A stretch of 64,000 nt of DNA from Saprolegnia diclina VS20 (taxonomy: Eukaryota). The translations under genes and the position numbers were made by a program. Within the stretch, counting starts at the first letter, position 1; each line of letters opens with the position of its first letter. The stretch covers positions 524,323 to 588,322 of the forward strand of contig NW_008246073.1 in assembly GCF_000281045.1 (NCBI RefSeq), given 5' to 3'. The notes beneath the pieces are model-generated. The model was given only the letters and a program-made list of their open reading frames with translations, was not told where the DNA came from and did no database searches. Below are positions 46,677 through 58,100 of the stretch, in pieces.

Positions 46677-47605
46677 ATGCACCTTCTCGGCATGCTCCTT
46701 GCTGCGTGCATGGCCGTCCATGGCTCGAAGATGGCACCGCCGGGAATGCCACTTCATTTCGATGCAAACATTGAGATCACATGTACATGAGGCCACGGCC
46801 AAACCGCTCCTAATGACGGCCTCAAATAGCCCACCTCGTCGATCGGTCCAAGGACTACCCTCCGTGGCTTCGCCGCCTCAAGGTTCGCTACGACTTCGAT
46901 AAAAAAGTAGCGCGCGCGGACATCCTCGCCGGCTACGACAAGGGCAAGACGTACATTCGGCGTTACGATACCGTGCGTACGCCCTGCCACGTCAATATAA
47001 CACGCGCCAACGATAGAAGAAGGAGTACATGGTAAAGTATGGCGAGTACAAGAAGTGTGAGCGCGCGTACTTGGGTACAGCCAACTATGCAATGACCGGG
47101 TCCGCGCTATCATTCGAGTGTCCGTAGGCGAAGACATGCCACTGCCACACGTTCCTTCCGACCTCACACTGCAGGTACGAGCCATTGGGAGCAAGGCCAG
47201 TGTGGTCATTCGACTGTAAAGGGCACGAGTACAATCGATGGCGTCGACTGCCGCCTTTGGGTCTCGGAGGATAGCGACGCCAATGTCCACATCAGCATCT
47301 ATGAGCGCTCGTCAGACCGCGGTGCGTACCGAGTCTTTCTGGACGGGGATTGCATCGTTCTAGTTCCGATACGCTTGATTCAAGCGAGCCGATTCGATGG
47401 CGCGTGGACTCCACTGATCACGTATGACATGCTTGACGTTACGGTGCGCCCCCAGGTGCGAAGCTCTCATGCGCTTCGACTCATGCTTCTTGGCTAGGAT
47501 CTATCGGTGTTTGAGATTCCCGGGGGCTACAGCCACAGCAGCTGCACACGCAGCGTGTCCGGGTTTCCATACATCCATATCTTTGACCATTACGTTCGCT
47601 TCTAA
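46677..47605 (+). CDS. Secreted 217-aa ependymin-related/LolA-fold-like protein (7 exons; absent from the ORF track)
   Basis: Exons 46677-46782, 46830-46972, 47017-47074, 47128-47174, 47222-47321, 47364-47455 and 47498-47605 join in frame through GT-AG introns. Signal-peptide-like start MHLLGMLLAACMAVHG; motifs GTSTIDGVDCRLW and QDLSVFEIPGGYSHSSC. Confidence 0.78.
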
Positions 47606-47622
47606 TTCACATAAAGCGACGC

Positions 47623-49868
47623 TCACAGATGGAGCTTTATGCGTTCGACATCTTCCGAAGCCGTCGTTGACGACGCACGATGGTAGAGGCTGTCGTCGTC
47701 GTCATTGGATTGTGGTGTGCGTTGGCCGAGACAGCACCATCTACGGAGCATGTCCGTCCAGTGCACCGACGAGCTTGAAGCTGCGCTACTACCTTGGTTC
47801 TTGGAGATCTGAACGTGATGCGTAATGGCAGCAGTGGTCGGCGTGTAGTAGACAACGTCGTAGCCCTCAAAGTGCTTGACGGTCGTCGAGCCATCCGACA
47901 CCTGAACGTGGTACCCGTCTGGAAAGTGCACGAGCCGAGGCACGTAGATCTCGGTTGGTGCTTTGGTCGTCGCCTCCGTCGACTTGATGCGCAGGTGGTA
48001 CTCACAGCGGTCGAGGTTGAAGCGCGATGTCAATGGCTGGCCACTGATCTTGATGGCTGACGGGCGCACGTATCCTTCCTTGGCGCGACCGCCAGCGTCG
48101 ACGCCTTTGCCTTTATTTTCTTGATCACGGCTGAAGAGACTTAGATCCTATACGCCTGCATGAAAACACATGCGACACCAGCCATGCGTACCTCGAGGTT
48201 CCAATTGTCGCCCCAAACATTGTTGTTGTCCGACGTGTAGCACCAGAGCGTGTACGAGAGCAGATTTGCTTCGAGGGACGCGACAGTGTTGTCCATCGCG
48301 GCAACTTGCGCGTCAAAGTTGCCCGAAACGTATGCCTTGTTGTTGGTCAAGTTGAACGGAATGCCGCACTCGCCAATCAGCGTCGGCGCACCGCCCATGC
48401 AGCGCGACGACGTCTCGCGGATCGCCCGCAGGGCGCGGATGTGGGCGTCGCGAACGTTCTTCTTGCCAAAAATGGGCCGCTTGGTGTGCACGTCGACCGT
48501 AAAGTACGGCTTCCACGAGCGCAGAAAGAGCGTGATCGGGTCGTACCAGTGCGTCGCGTTGACGCTGCGCGGGATCGAGATTGTCGGGAACGGCGTCGAG
48601 ATGAACTCGAGCGGCGGCATCTCGATAAACAAGATCATGTGCGGCATGACGGCGCGGATCGCTTCGGCATACATCTGTGGACGCATCAGATTACGTGGTA
48701 AGGAAGAGCAGCGTACGTTGGCAAAGGGGATGTAGCAGTCGACGCCAAAGTCCATGTTAGCAAAGTGCTGCGGTCGACGAAGCACGGGTCGCTGCGTGCG
48801 CGCGTCCATCTCGTAGAGCCCGAGGCGCTCCCAAATGCACGTGACGCCATCGCGCCACGCCCGCTTTCCGTGGCACTTGATGAGCTTGACCGTGTCGGGC
48901 TGGTTGAAGATGTATTGCATGAACCCTATATCGAATATACACTTGAAGCCAGCGATTCAGACGGCTTGTGGAGGTTTACCTGTGGACCACACTTCGACTT
49001 GCTGGTCAATGCCATTCGCAAGACACATGCCCTGGAAAGGCGTCGGCGCGAGGCCAAGCTTGAGCTCCGTCGCCAAAAAGTGCTGGCTGATGTCGGCGAC
49101 GCCAACGTACCCCGGCGACGGCTCGTTCATGGTACCAAAGCCAATGACGTGGTCCATGCCGGCGATGACCTTGGCGACTTCAAGAATCGCGTTCACGTAG
49201 TGCGACTGCAAAAAGTCCTGCACGGGCATCCCGCGTACAAGGATACCAGGCGCGACCCTACAATACACATCGACAGGCATGAGACTCCTACTCGAGAAAA
49301 AGTAGTTTTGCGAGTACCGGTTGCCCGCCCAGAAGAGAGTAAACATTGTCGCGCTCGCAAACTTGAAGTAGTTGGTGGGCCACACCATTTTGGGAAAGTC
49401 TTCCGGGCGACCGCCGTAGGTGTCCATGCAGAACGCGCTCTTGGTCGCTGCAAAGTGCGGCGGATACAAGCCAATTTCGGTGAGCGTCCACAGCGGCGCG
49501 CCGTCCCCGCCTGTGTACCGCGACCAGACATCTTGGTGCGGGTCCATGATCACGCGCAGGTCAAACTCGCCGGCAATGAGAAGCACGTCCCGAAGGTAGC
49601 GCAGGTAGTCGTGGTCGTAGACACCAGGGCCTGCGTGCTCGATCGCCTCCCATGTGATTACGAACCGAATGCACGTGAGGCCCCAGCGCCGAAGCCGCCC
49701 AAAATGCTCCCGTGCCTCCGAGAGTGGGAACGGCCGGCCCACGAATGACAAGGCACCGTCGTCGCGGTCAAGTGGAAGCTTGGATGAGCCGCCGAGGTTC
49801 ACGCCTTTGAGAAGCAGTACGCGCCCGTCCGCGTCGTAGAAATGACCGTCTCGTAGCTCGAGGTCCAT
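47623..49868 (-). CDS. Glycoside hydrolase family 5, endoglycoceramidase/steryl-glucosidase (EGCrP/Egh1)-like, multi-exon
   Basis: KGVNLGGSSKLP, FVGRPFPL, TWEAIEHAGPG, DPHQDVWSRYTGGDGAPLW, MNEP (acid/base), HWYD, IGECGIPF (nucleophile), WGDNWNLE. Confidence 0.93.
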
Positions 49869-50822
49869 GATGGATCGCAAAATGGCGACTCGTGGCAGCG
49901 GCAAGCAAATGATGACGCAATCCGCAAATTCTTTGTAATTTGCAAGACCTCGCGACATGCGATGTTTGTCTTGGCTTCAGTAGGGGACGGATCAGCTTAC
50001 AATTATTTCATTTGGCCCGCGTTTACGCATGGCGATGCCTGTGGTTGATGCCCGCATGGCACGTACGCCGTCATCTCGGGTTCGTTCGTCGCCACGACTG
50101 CTGTCGCTTCCATGCACAGATGCAATCAAGTGCCGTTCAAATATCACGGTCGCTGACGGTACTCGCTACTCGTTGCGCCATCGTGTCCAACCAAGCTATT
50201 TATCGCCGGTCCTGTCCTGCTCTGGTCCACCGTCGTGTTGTCGCCCTTCAGGTTCGCTCGGTCATTGCGAAAGGCCTTGCACGGTGCATGGGGTCGATTG
50301 GGAGCTAGCCATTCGCCTCGAGCACACTTTGCAGTATCTGCGCATCAAGGTTGCAATTCGCGTCACCTGTACCGGTATATCGGCCGTCGGCTGCGAGCTT
50401 GCAAGTTCGCACACATCTGCCATCGTAGCGTCCGCGATCATGTAAATGTCTCTGTCGGCGGAGCGGAAGCATCCCGACACTTGATGCGAGCTTCCTCGCA
50501 CACGTGCATGCATCTTGTTGCGCTTCGGCCGGCCATAGCTTTCCTGTACAGCTCTGGGCTCGAGATGGCCTGGCAGTCATGTGACGGTCGCTGGCGGCCA
50601 TGATTGCACTTATGTAATGCCAGAGGTCGTTGACGGAATGCATCCATTTGTGGAGTATTATCCGGACAGTCATTTTTGGCCAATGAGAAACAAGGTAAAT
50701 TCTGATTGGCTTGCATAGTGGAGCCAAGAGGTGTGGAATGAATGGTTGGTTGTGTCGGGGCCAGTAGGCGCGTTTGGTAGGCGCCGGTGAAATTACTCTG
50801 CCAATTCAAGAAGATAAGTAAG

Positions 50823-51235
50823 ATGGTCAAGAACGTCCGCATCACCTACCGTCGCCGTCACTCGTACGCGACCAAGTCGAACCGCATCGTGCCGGTGAAG
50901 ACGCCCGGTGGCAAGCTCATCGCCCACTACCGCAAGAAGACGTCGTCGGGCCCCAAGTGCGGTGACTGCAAGCAGTCGCTCAAGGGCATCAAGCACCTCG
51001 CCTCGAAGGCCTACAAGAACGTGTCGAAGAGCCAGCGCACGGTCTCGCGCGCCTACGGTGGTTCGCGTTGCGCCGGCTGCGTGCGCCAGCGGTACGCGAC
51101 CCTGTCCTCCTGTCCTTCTGTATGCTCATCCTGGATTGTAGCATCGTCCGTGCCTTCCTTATCGAGGAGCAGAAGATCGTCAAGAAGGTTCTCCTCGAGA
51201 AGCTCTCGAAGAAGAAGGCCGAAAAGTCCGCTTAA
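50823..51235 (+). CDS. RPL34: 60S ribosomal protein L34 (eL34), one intron
   Basis: RITYRRRHSYATKSN, KTPGGKL, PKCGDC, VSRAYGGSRCAGCV, IVRAFLIEEQKIVKKV. Confidence 0.97.
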
Positions 51236-51573
51236 ACAATCGACTTTTGGATGATTGACTTCGGGTGGCGTGTGCTAGCTTTCTTACCTCTCGACGATGA
51301 TGGTACTCAATAATAGCACGTATCTTCTTGCTTCCATGTGGACCAGGAATCGACCCCAGCTTCGTGTTTCTCGACCTCTAGGATACAACTCTGGGACGGT
51401 AGAGTGATGCGTCGTGCACTACTATTCGAAGGCTTTGTTGCGAACAGCCGAGGCAGGAGACGCGAAGCCCGTTCACTCGCAACGTATTTGCAAGGGACCC
51501 CGCCCGGGTTGATTGACAACGTTGGTAGCATTGGTAGTGATACACAAGGATCATTGTAGGTCTTCCTTAATGA

Positions 51574-52050
51574 CTACTCGAGCTTCTCGAGCTCGCGGAT
51601 GCGGTCGAGCATCTCGCGCTTGCTTGTTTCTTGGACTTCGCCGCCAAGGATATACTCATCGAGCATCGAGTAGACCTTGTTGAAGTTGAAGACGATGTCG
51701 AGCTCGCAGACGTTCTGGAACTGCTGGTCGAGGAGCTCGACAAAGAGATGGATCGTCTCGAGGCACAGGAGCTCGTTCGCGTGCAAGTCGACGCCGAGAA
51801 TGAAGAAGAGGCCTGCGTAGCGTCGGTAGATGAGCTTGTACGAGCGGAACTCGATAAAGTTGGTGTGCTTGGCGTCGCGCGCGACCACGAGCCGATGAAT
51901 CTCAGACTCGAGGCGCGGCTTCTCGAGGTCCGGCGGCGGTGGCACGTACCACTTGCTCAGGCGCGTCTTGCCCTGGCGGTTCTGCAAAAGGAAGAAGCGA
52001 ATCTACCGAGCACGTGATTGGAACGCTAAATTGCATGCATAGCCGACCAT
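51574..52050 (-). CDS. AP2S1: AP-2 complex sigma subunit
   Basis: [71 protein letters not shown]. Confidence 0.93.
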
Positions 52051-52859
52051 CGTTTGGCTTGTTGCTCTGCTGCGCTACGCTCTCAAACACAAATGAAACA
52101 ACTGTGGCCGCGACGCTTGGCGTGGATCTTTGCGCCCGTTTTGGATCCGAACTTGAGGTGCGCGAGCTTATGTAGCGACCACCCAGTATTTGGCGCCAAG
52201 CTTATTACACCACGTTGACCATGCTACAATGTTGTAGTGGCACGTCTCCCGAGACGGTGGATGAAATGTCAGAGAATACTGACAAGGATCAAGTACTCTT
52301 GATACCGAGCTCGTGCACTAGAGCATTGAACGTGGTAGGCATACTATGGTACCTGATGCCAGTCTCATCCCTGTCCCTCTCGGCAGTGTCGAAACCTTTG
52401 CTTCATTGTTCGGCACGCGATTCGCACCACAGCATGCTCAACGAGCTGAGAGCAATAGTCAAAGCTAAAATGCACGCAAAATCGAAATATGTGCAGTGAA
52501 TGGCTTGCCTGCGCCGGCACATAAGCGTTCTCGTACGCGTCCCGGCAGTCAATTCCAAGCGACCTGTTGTCTTTCTGACGCACGTTGACTCGGTCAAGAA
52601 ACCCCACTTCCACTTTGCTGTGGTGCTGTGGATTTGAATTTAATATTTTTATTTTTATTTTACAGCATGTGGAGTGGGGACCAATCAGCGGCCTCGTATA
52701 ATTTTATGACTTGATATTCGTATGCTGCAACCCCCGCGTCGGAATAAAATGAGCTGGATCACCACGATGGTGGGCGTTTTGCAACTTGGCGAGCGATGGC
52801 CAAGGTACCATCACTGCTACTGCTGCTTAGCGCAACGGTCATCTGGGCGCTGCTGCTAG

Positions 52860-55068
52860 ATGGAGGAAGAGAAGCATGATGATGTAGCTACTACGGAGGA
52901 GACGTCCCCAGAGACGGTCATCTCGTCGCCCGAGGCAAGGGAGGCCATTGTCGCGCCCGAGGACCTTGTAGAGAACCAACAGTCGAGTGCTGACGACAGC
53001 GACGAAATGGAGGACGGCGAAGTCGACGAGGGTGACGTCGATTACATCCCGGTGGCGAAAGCGCCCATTCCGGCGCCGGTCCCCGCAGCGACCAAGAAGG
53101 CAGCGACGACGCCACTTGAAACGTACACGCGGGGGTACCTCGGCATTTCGTTTGCTGCAGACTCGACCCAGCCTCCCGAGATCGTTCTCTCCCACCTCCC
53201 ACTGACGACGACCGAGGTTCAACCGCGAACATGGCGGTGCTCTAACCTGCAAGCTAGAGCGACCTCCGCACGTACTTCAACGAGTTTGGCTCCGTCGCTG
53301 CTTGCTACCTCGCAGCGCCGAGCGCCACGGTGACCTTCTCCGACGCAGCAGTAGGAATCGTCGTCTTCTTCGTCATGGAGCCTTCAATGCTGGATTAGCC
53401 GCTCAATCGCATCTTTACCGCGCCCCAGCACGAGATTCTGTCGACCGTCGTGCTTGTAGCGCCCGCACCGCCGTCTCTCGACCCAGCGACGGTTAGGTAT
53501 CGTAGTACTGCTCTGGTAGCCACTTTTTCATAGAGTTGTGTAGCCATCATGAGACGACGTACGCCAACAGCGGCGTCCATCTCTCAAATCTTCTGCCCAC
53601 CATGACGGAGCGTACGACCAGATCTGCGTCTGGGAATACTCACATTGATTTCTGGTTAGAGACGATCAAGTCGGAAATGAGTGTGTTTGGCGTCATCAGC
53701 AACATCCACCTCGTGCTACAGCCCAAGGAAGGCAGCGTACGCAACCGATATCTGTCGGCGATGGCTAGTGACGCTGGGGTAGGAGTTCGGCTTTGGCTTT
53801 GTGACGTACCAAGAGAACCGCTCCGCTGCCTTGGCCTTGACAGCGGGGTCTCGACTGATTGATGGCCAGGAGGTCAAGATCAATACGACTCGGAAGCCGT
53901 CTCGTCCACAGAGCGAGCATCGGCAAGCGCACAATGCTCGTCAGGACTCGCACCCCTACGGTGGGCGTGGACGGGGACGAGGACGTGGCGGCCGAGGCGA
54001 CTTTCAAGGGCGCGGTGGTCGCGGGGGACGCGGCGACTTTAACGGCGGCCGGGGCGGTCGCGAAGACGCTGCTAGCCGTGGTGGCCGCGGTGGCCGCGGC
54101 GGTCGTGGCGGTCGTGGCGGTCGTGGCGACTTTGCCGGTGGCCGTGGTGGTCATGGTGACTTTGGCGGCGGTCGTGGTGACTTTGGCAGTGGCCGTGGCG
54201 GTCGGGGTCGTGGCGGACGAGGCGGCCGCGGGGAGTTCGGTGGCCGAGGCACCGCGATGGATTACCATGCACCGTATCAACCTCCGTCGGCCCCGCATCC
54301 AACAGGACCGTATCAGCCTCCATACCAGGCACCAGCCGCGCCATACCAGCCCCCGACTGCTGTGCCGTACCAGGCACCATCGTATCAGAGACCGTCGTAT
54401 CAACAACCACCGGCGACTGGCGGTGGCGCGTACTCGCAGGCGTACGAACCCCCGCCACCGTATGCGTCAAGTTACGACTCACATCGTGGAGCTCAAGCAA
54501 GTGGTTACAAGCAATCGCCTCTGCTGCCTCCGCCGACATCTCAAGAGTACGCACGGAGCAGTGCATCGTACAAACCAAGCTACTCGAATGACCCCCCACC
54601 GCCGTCGTCACGCTACGACGCACCGCCAACTCGGTATGACGCACCGCCAACTCGGTATGACACACCTCCGTCTCGGTACGACGCACCTCCACCACGCTAC
54701 GACGCACCTCCATCGCGCTACGACGCGCCATCGTCTCGATATGACGCACCGCCGCCACGCTACGACGCGCCGTCATCTCGATATGACGCACCGCCGCCAC
54801 GGTATGACGCACCGCCGCCACGGTATGATGCGCCTCCGCCGCCTGCTTACGACAATTCTGGGCGACACGACGTGGGGCCGCCGTACACTCATACAAGTTA
54901 TGCATCCCCTGCCTACCCGCCGTCGTACCCGCCAAGTGGATACCACCCGCCGTCGTATCCCCACGACCCGCGCACGAGGTCGGTGCTTTCCATTTCGTCG
55001 AATCTCATTGCATTCTCGCTTCTCTTAGACCAACGTACCCCGCGCCCGCGTACGGTCCGCCGTATTGA
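52860..55068 (+). CDS. RNA-binding protein with two RRM-like domains, an RGG box and a Tyr/Pro-rich low-complexity tail (multi-exon)
   Basis: VHLSNL (RNP2-like) and FGFGFVTY (RNP1-like), an upstream IVLSHLP/YFNEFG RRM, a long RGG tract and RYDAPP heptads. Confidence 0.85.
54611..54841 (+). repeat. 21-bp coding repeat, 11 x RYDAPP(S/T/P)
   Basis: Counted from the translation. Confidence 0.93.
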
Positions 55069-55181
55069 CCTCGTACGTTTCATCCTGCACCTCAGTACGC
55101 AAGGGCGGCAAAAGTAGAAGTGAAATTGTAGATTAAAAGATCTTATCGAGGACCGATGCATGATAGATAATAATGACGGGT

Positions 55182-58100
55182 TTAGTACGGGAGCCACTTC
55201 CACTCGGGGCTCTCGCGCGTGAGCTGCGCAACGTGCTCCTCGATCGAGCGACCAGCCGCCTTGGCGCACTTGGCCATCTTGCGCGCGTCCTTGGTCGACA
55301 TGGCGCGGAGCGACTTGGGGTTGATGATGACGCCGGTCACCTTCATCTTGTCGTTGGACGAGCCAAAGGCGGCACGGGACGGATCGTCCTCGTCTTCGAT
55401 GACCTTCTTGCCACCGCCGAGGCGGTACTCGGTCTCCTGGGCCTCACCCACGACGCGGACGCGACCCGACTCGACGAGCCACTTCTCCGTGCAGAGCGAG
55501 TTGTAGAACTCTTCCGAGTGCGAAATCATGATGCAACCGCCGGCAAAGCCGCGGATGCCGTCAGCGAGGGCGCCCAAGGCCGCGCGATCCAAGTAGTTGG
55601 TCGGCTCATCGAGCACGAGCAAATGCGGGCGCGTCCACATGGCGGCGGCGATGACGAGCTTGACCTTCTGGCCGCCCGAGAGACCGCGAATCTTGCCGTG
55701 GGTACCAAACTCGGCGTTCAAGTTGAAGTCGTCGAGGTGCTTCTGGACCTCCTTGGTCGTCGTCGGGCGAAGGTCCATGCCACTGGCGAGCGTCGCTTGG
55801 CGGATGTCTTCCATTTCAGCCATCTTGCCGAGGCCCATGGCTTGGAGCTCCTCGAGCGTGTAGTAGCGGTTCTTGCTTTCCGTCATGCCCCAGAGCTTGC
55901 ACTCGTACTCGAGCGTACCGCGCTTGCCCTTGCGACGCGACATGATCTTCTCGATCGAGCCCTTGCCGCCCTCAGCCTTGGCGGCTTCCGACTCCTTCTT
56001 GTCGACGCGCTCGGCGAGTTCGCGATCAATGCCACCGGGGCCGCCGAAACGCCACTGGATGTACTGGACCGGCGAGCTTTCGAGGTGCTGCTCGACGTGG
56101 TGCAGCGAGTGCTGAGCGACGTACGCGATACGCAAGTTGTGGTGCTTCCAGAGCTCACCCGTGTCGGGCATCGTCTCTTGCACAATCATCTTAATGAGCG
56201 TACTCTTGCCAGCGCCGTTGCCACCAATGACGGCGACGCGCGACGCCAAGCAGAGCTTGATGTTGACGTCGACGAGCTGCGGCTTGGTAGCGCCCGGGTA
56301 CGTGAAGTTGCAGTTCTCCATCGAGAGGATACGGCGCGTGGTCGAGGCAATGCCCTCGAGACGGCCCGGCTGCGGCAACACAAACTGCGTGTCCGAAGAC
56401 GAGAGTTCGTAGTAGTGCTTGGCCTCCGGGTGCTTCTCGACAAACTTGGCGAGCGTACCAGGGTACAAGACGAGCTGCTTGCTCTCGTAGTGAAGCACGT
56501 CCGTGCACACGTTGTCGAGGAAGCCCGTGTCGTGCGACACCAAGAGCACCGTCATCGACTCGAGCGAGTTGAGGTAGTCGACGAGCCACTGGACCGCGTG
56601 CACGTCCAAGTGGTTCGTCGGTTCGTCGAGCAAAAGCACATCAGCGTTGTAGAGCATCGCGCGGACAAGCGCGAGCTTCATGCGCCAACCTCCCGAGAGC
56701 GCGGCGATCGGGCCGTCGAGCATTTCGCGCGTGAAGCCAATGTTGACGAGCGTCGTCTCAAAGACTTCCGGCGCGTTGTGCGCAAGCTCGGGCGCCGCCT
56801 GGAGAGACTGCAGGAGCGAGCCATTGTCCTCGACAACGTCTTCGTGCTGGACATACACCGTGCGGAGGTGCGTCGGGAGACCCTCGATCGTGTGGTTGGA
56901 GATGTTGCGCATGAGCGTCGTCTTGCCGACACCGTTCTTGCCTACGAGACCGTAGCGGTGGCCGCGCGTGAGGCGGAGGCGCGCGTTGCGGAGCAGAATC
57001 TTGCCACCGTACGCGAGCGAAAAGTCGATGTCGCACACGTCGTTCGGGTCCGTCGAGACGACGCGATCGTCGCCAAGACCGCCACCGGCCTTACGCAGCG
57101 CCTTGCACACGCGGTCGGCGTCTTCGTCGTGAAGGTGCGCCGAAAGGTACGGCAGCACAAAGCCGCGCCACTCCTTGCCACGGTTGTGCGTCACAAGCTC
57201 CGCGCACACGTCCGTGATGTACGTGAGCGTGAACTCGGTGAGGCCCGGGTGCGTCGCGATTTCGAGCGCTTCGTGGAGACCGGCGAGGAGGTTTTGCTGG
57301 AGCTGCTGGCGGATCGCGGCCGGATCTTCTTCATCCGAGCCTTCGCCGGCGGCGCGCTTGAGGCACGCACGCGCGTCCGAAGCCACTTCCGCGACTTCCT
57401 GGTCAGCGATACGCTCGATGACCGTGTCGAGCTGCGGCAAAAGCAGCGGCACAAAGGGAGCGACGTCGCTCGGGCGAGAGACGAGGCGGCACATGCTGTC
57501 AATAATACGCGAGGCCTTGCGACGGAGCGCCGACGAGTTGGTCGACGTGTCACGGAGCGCCTTGTTGAGGAGCGGCGCAATGAGCGAGAGCGTCGCGGCG
57601 TCGACGTTGGCCACGAACGTCGTCGCGAGAAGGGCGTCGATGGTCGCAAGCGTCTTCTCGGGGTGCGCAATCACATCGACGAGCGTCGGGACGAGCGGGA
57701 GCACATCGTCGTTGCCGATCGTCGAGCAGGCAGCCGTGAGCGCCGAAAGCGCGGCCTGCTGGACCTGCGTCTTGGTATCCCACACGACCTCCGAGACCTT
57801 GGGGATGACTTCCGGGAGCGAGCACGAGACTTCCGTCGGCGCACGCGGCGCAAAGTTGCGGAGGAGGTCGAGGGCAGCGACCTTGCACTGCCACTGGCGA
57901 AGCTCCAAGCAGACAAAGATCTGCGAGAGGAACGTGCGCGTCGCGAGCGGGTTCACGAGGTCGAGGAGCGAGTGCGTGAGGCGCACCGCGGCGTCGCGGA
58001 CGTTGGGCTCCTTGTCGGCATGGCGCTCCATGATCGAGACGAGATCTTCGACGACAATCGGCTCGATAGCGGACGAGACAGCGTCGCAGCGACCCATGGC

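Noticed and set aside
52215..52613. Short ORFs between AP2S1 and the RRM gene
   Set aside because: Weak codon bias and no motifs; treated as intergenic.
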